From sequence record OZ035799.1: a stretch of DNA of 64,000 bases. One strand, given 5' to 3'. Made by a program: the position numbers and the translations under genes. Each line of letters starts with the position of its first letter. Within the stretch, counting starts at the first letter, position 1. Below are positions 63,604 through 64,000 of this stretch, piece by piece. The notes under the pieces were generated by a model, which made no database searches, was not told the DNA's origin, and saw only the letters and a program-made list of their open reading frames with translations. This stretch comes from Justusliebigvirus alia.

Positions 63604-63972
63604 ATGCAAGAAAATAATAAAGTGTGTAACATGAAAAGCAGCCCCTATTTGCTACAATTTTATGAGTGGTGGTTAGAACAAGAAGATACAAACTTTAGCA
63701 AAAAGCATTATGGTCTTTGCACGTGTCTTGTAGACTTCTTATACAATATTGCTTGGATAAAAGATGTTGAGAATGTATCAAAGCTCCAATCCTCTGTACG
63801 AGAGGAAATGAAGGAACAATTTAAGAAAGCGGGTTTGAACCATTTACATCCGTTTAATACGGATTTCTCGCACTACTTTACGGAAACAGAGCTAGGCATT
63901 GCACACCTTAATAAAGAACGTGTACAATGGGTGATTGATCGTATTCGTGATATGGAGGAATACAATGGTTAA
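63604..63972 (+). CDS. Cys/His-containing small protein, paralog 3
   Basis: 122 aa; AAGGAGAAG RBS; shares FYEWW, GLCTCLVDFL, QFKKAGL, HPFNTD, ERVQWVIDRIRD with paralogs 1-2. Confidence 0.6.
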   Translation: MQENNKVCNMKSSPYLLQFYEWWLEQEDTNFSKKHYGLCTCLVDFLYNIAWIKDVENVSKLQSSVREEMKEQFKKAGLNHLHPFNTDFSHYFTETELGIAHLNKERVQWVIDRIRDMEEYNG

Positions 63973-64000
63973 GTTTAAAACTTTCTGTGCAATCACTGTT
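63965..64000 (+). CDS. 5-prime end of next gene (partial)
   Basis: ATG overlapping end of paralog 3, open to window edge. Confidence 0.25.
   Translation, partial: MVKFKTFCAITV

Noticed and set aside
1-64000. tRNA genes or a CRISPR array
   Set aside because: No cloverleaf-compatible sequence with a T-loop GTTCRANYC box was seen, and the tandem repeats at 47975-48180 and 59991-60063 lack unique spacers of regular length.

Overview
This window reads as a segment of a virulent tailed dsDNA phage genome (Caudoviricetes) infecting an enterobacteria-like host: sigma70-type TTGACA/TATAAT promoters, E. coli-type Shine-Dalgarno sites, roughly 38-40% GC by eye, and no integrase or repressor. I could not assign the phage to a genus from sequence alone. 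Layout: (1) 1-5.2 kb, rightward tail-fibre genes, including a collagen-like Gly-X-Y fibre. (2) 5.25-43.25 kb, one long leftward block of about 65 tightly packed genes: beta-class DNA methyltransferase, SSB-like protein, family A DNA polymerase, T7 gp4-like primase-helicase, three glycosyltransferases, a secreted SleB-like cell-wall hydrolase, a Ter-like cluster (TerD, vWA, TelA-like, lipoprotein, TerC) followed by macro-domain, PRTase and HAD genes, an AAA+ ATPase, nrdG, an nrdD split by an ORF-less group I intron, and an SF1 helicase carrying a ~346-aa intein. (3) 43.3-47.8 kb, rightward genes including a second AAA+ ATPase paralog, a tandem zinc-ribbon protein and a NADAR/YbiA-like protein. 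(4) 47.8-49.3 kb and 59.1-60.9 kb, two repeat-rich non-coding regions with Fur-box-like palindromes, direct repeats, iteron-like repeats and a GC-rich island. (5) 49.3-59.1 kb, an array of about 30 small rightward genes, most behind their own sigma70 promoter plus a conserved 5-prime stem-loop. (6) 60.9-64 kb, more small rightward genes including three paralogs of a Cys/His-containing family. The strongest candidate for an undescribed system is the phage-embedded Ter-like/PRTase/HAD/macro cluster; the promoter-hairpin cassette array bracketed by Fur-box-like sites is the second. No tRNA or CRISPR array was found. Coordinates of CDS come from the ORF track, with starts re-chosen where an in-frame ATG with a better RBS exists; features not anchored on track ORFs may be off by 1-2 nt. 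All product calls are from motif recognition by eye, not from database searches.
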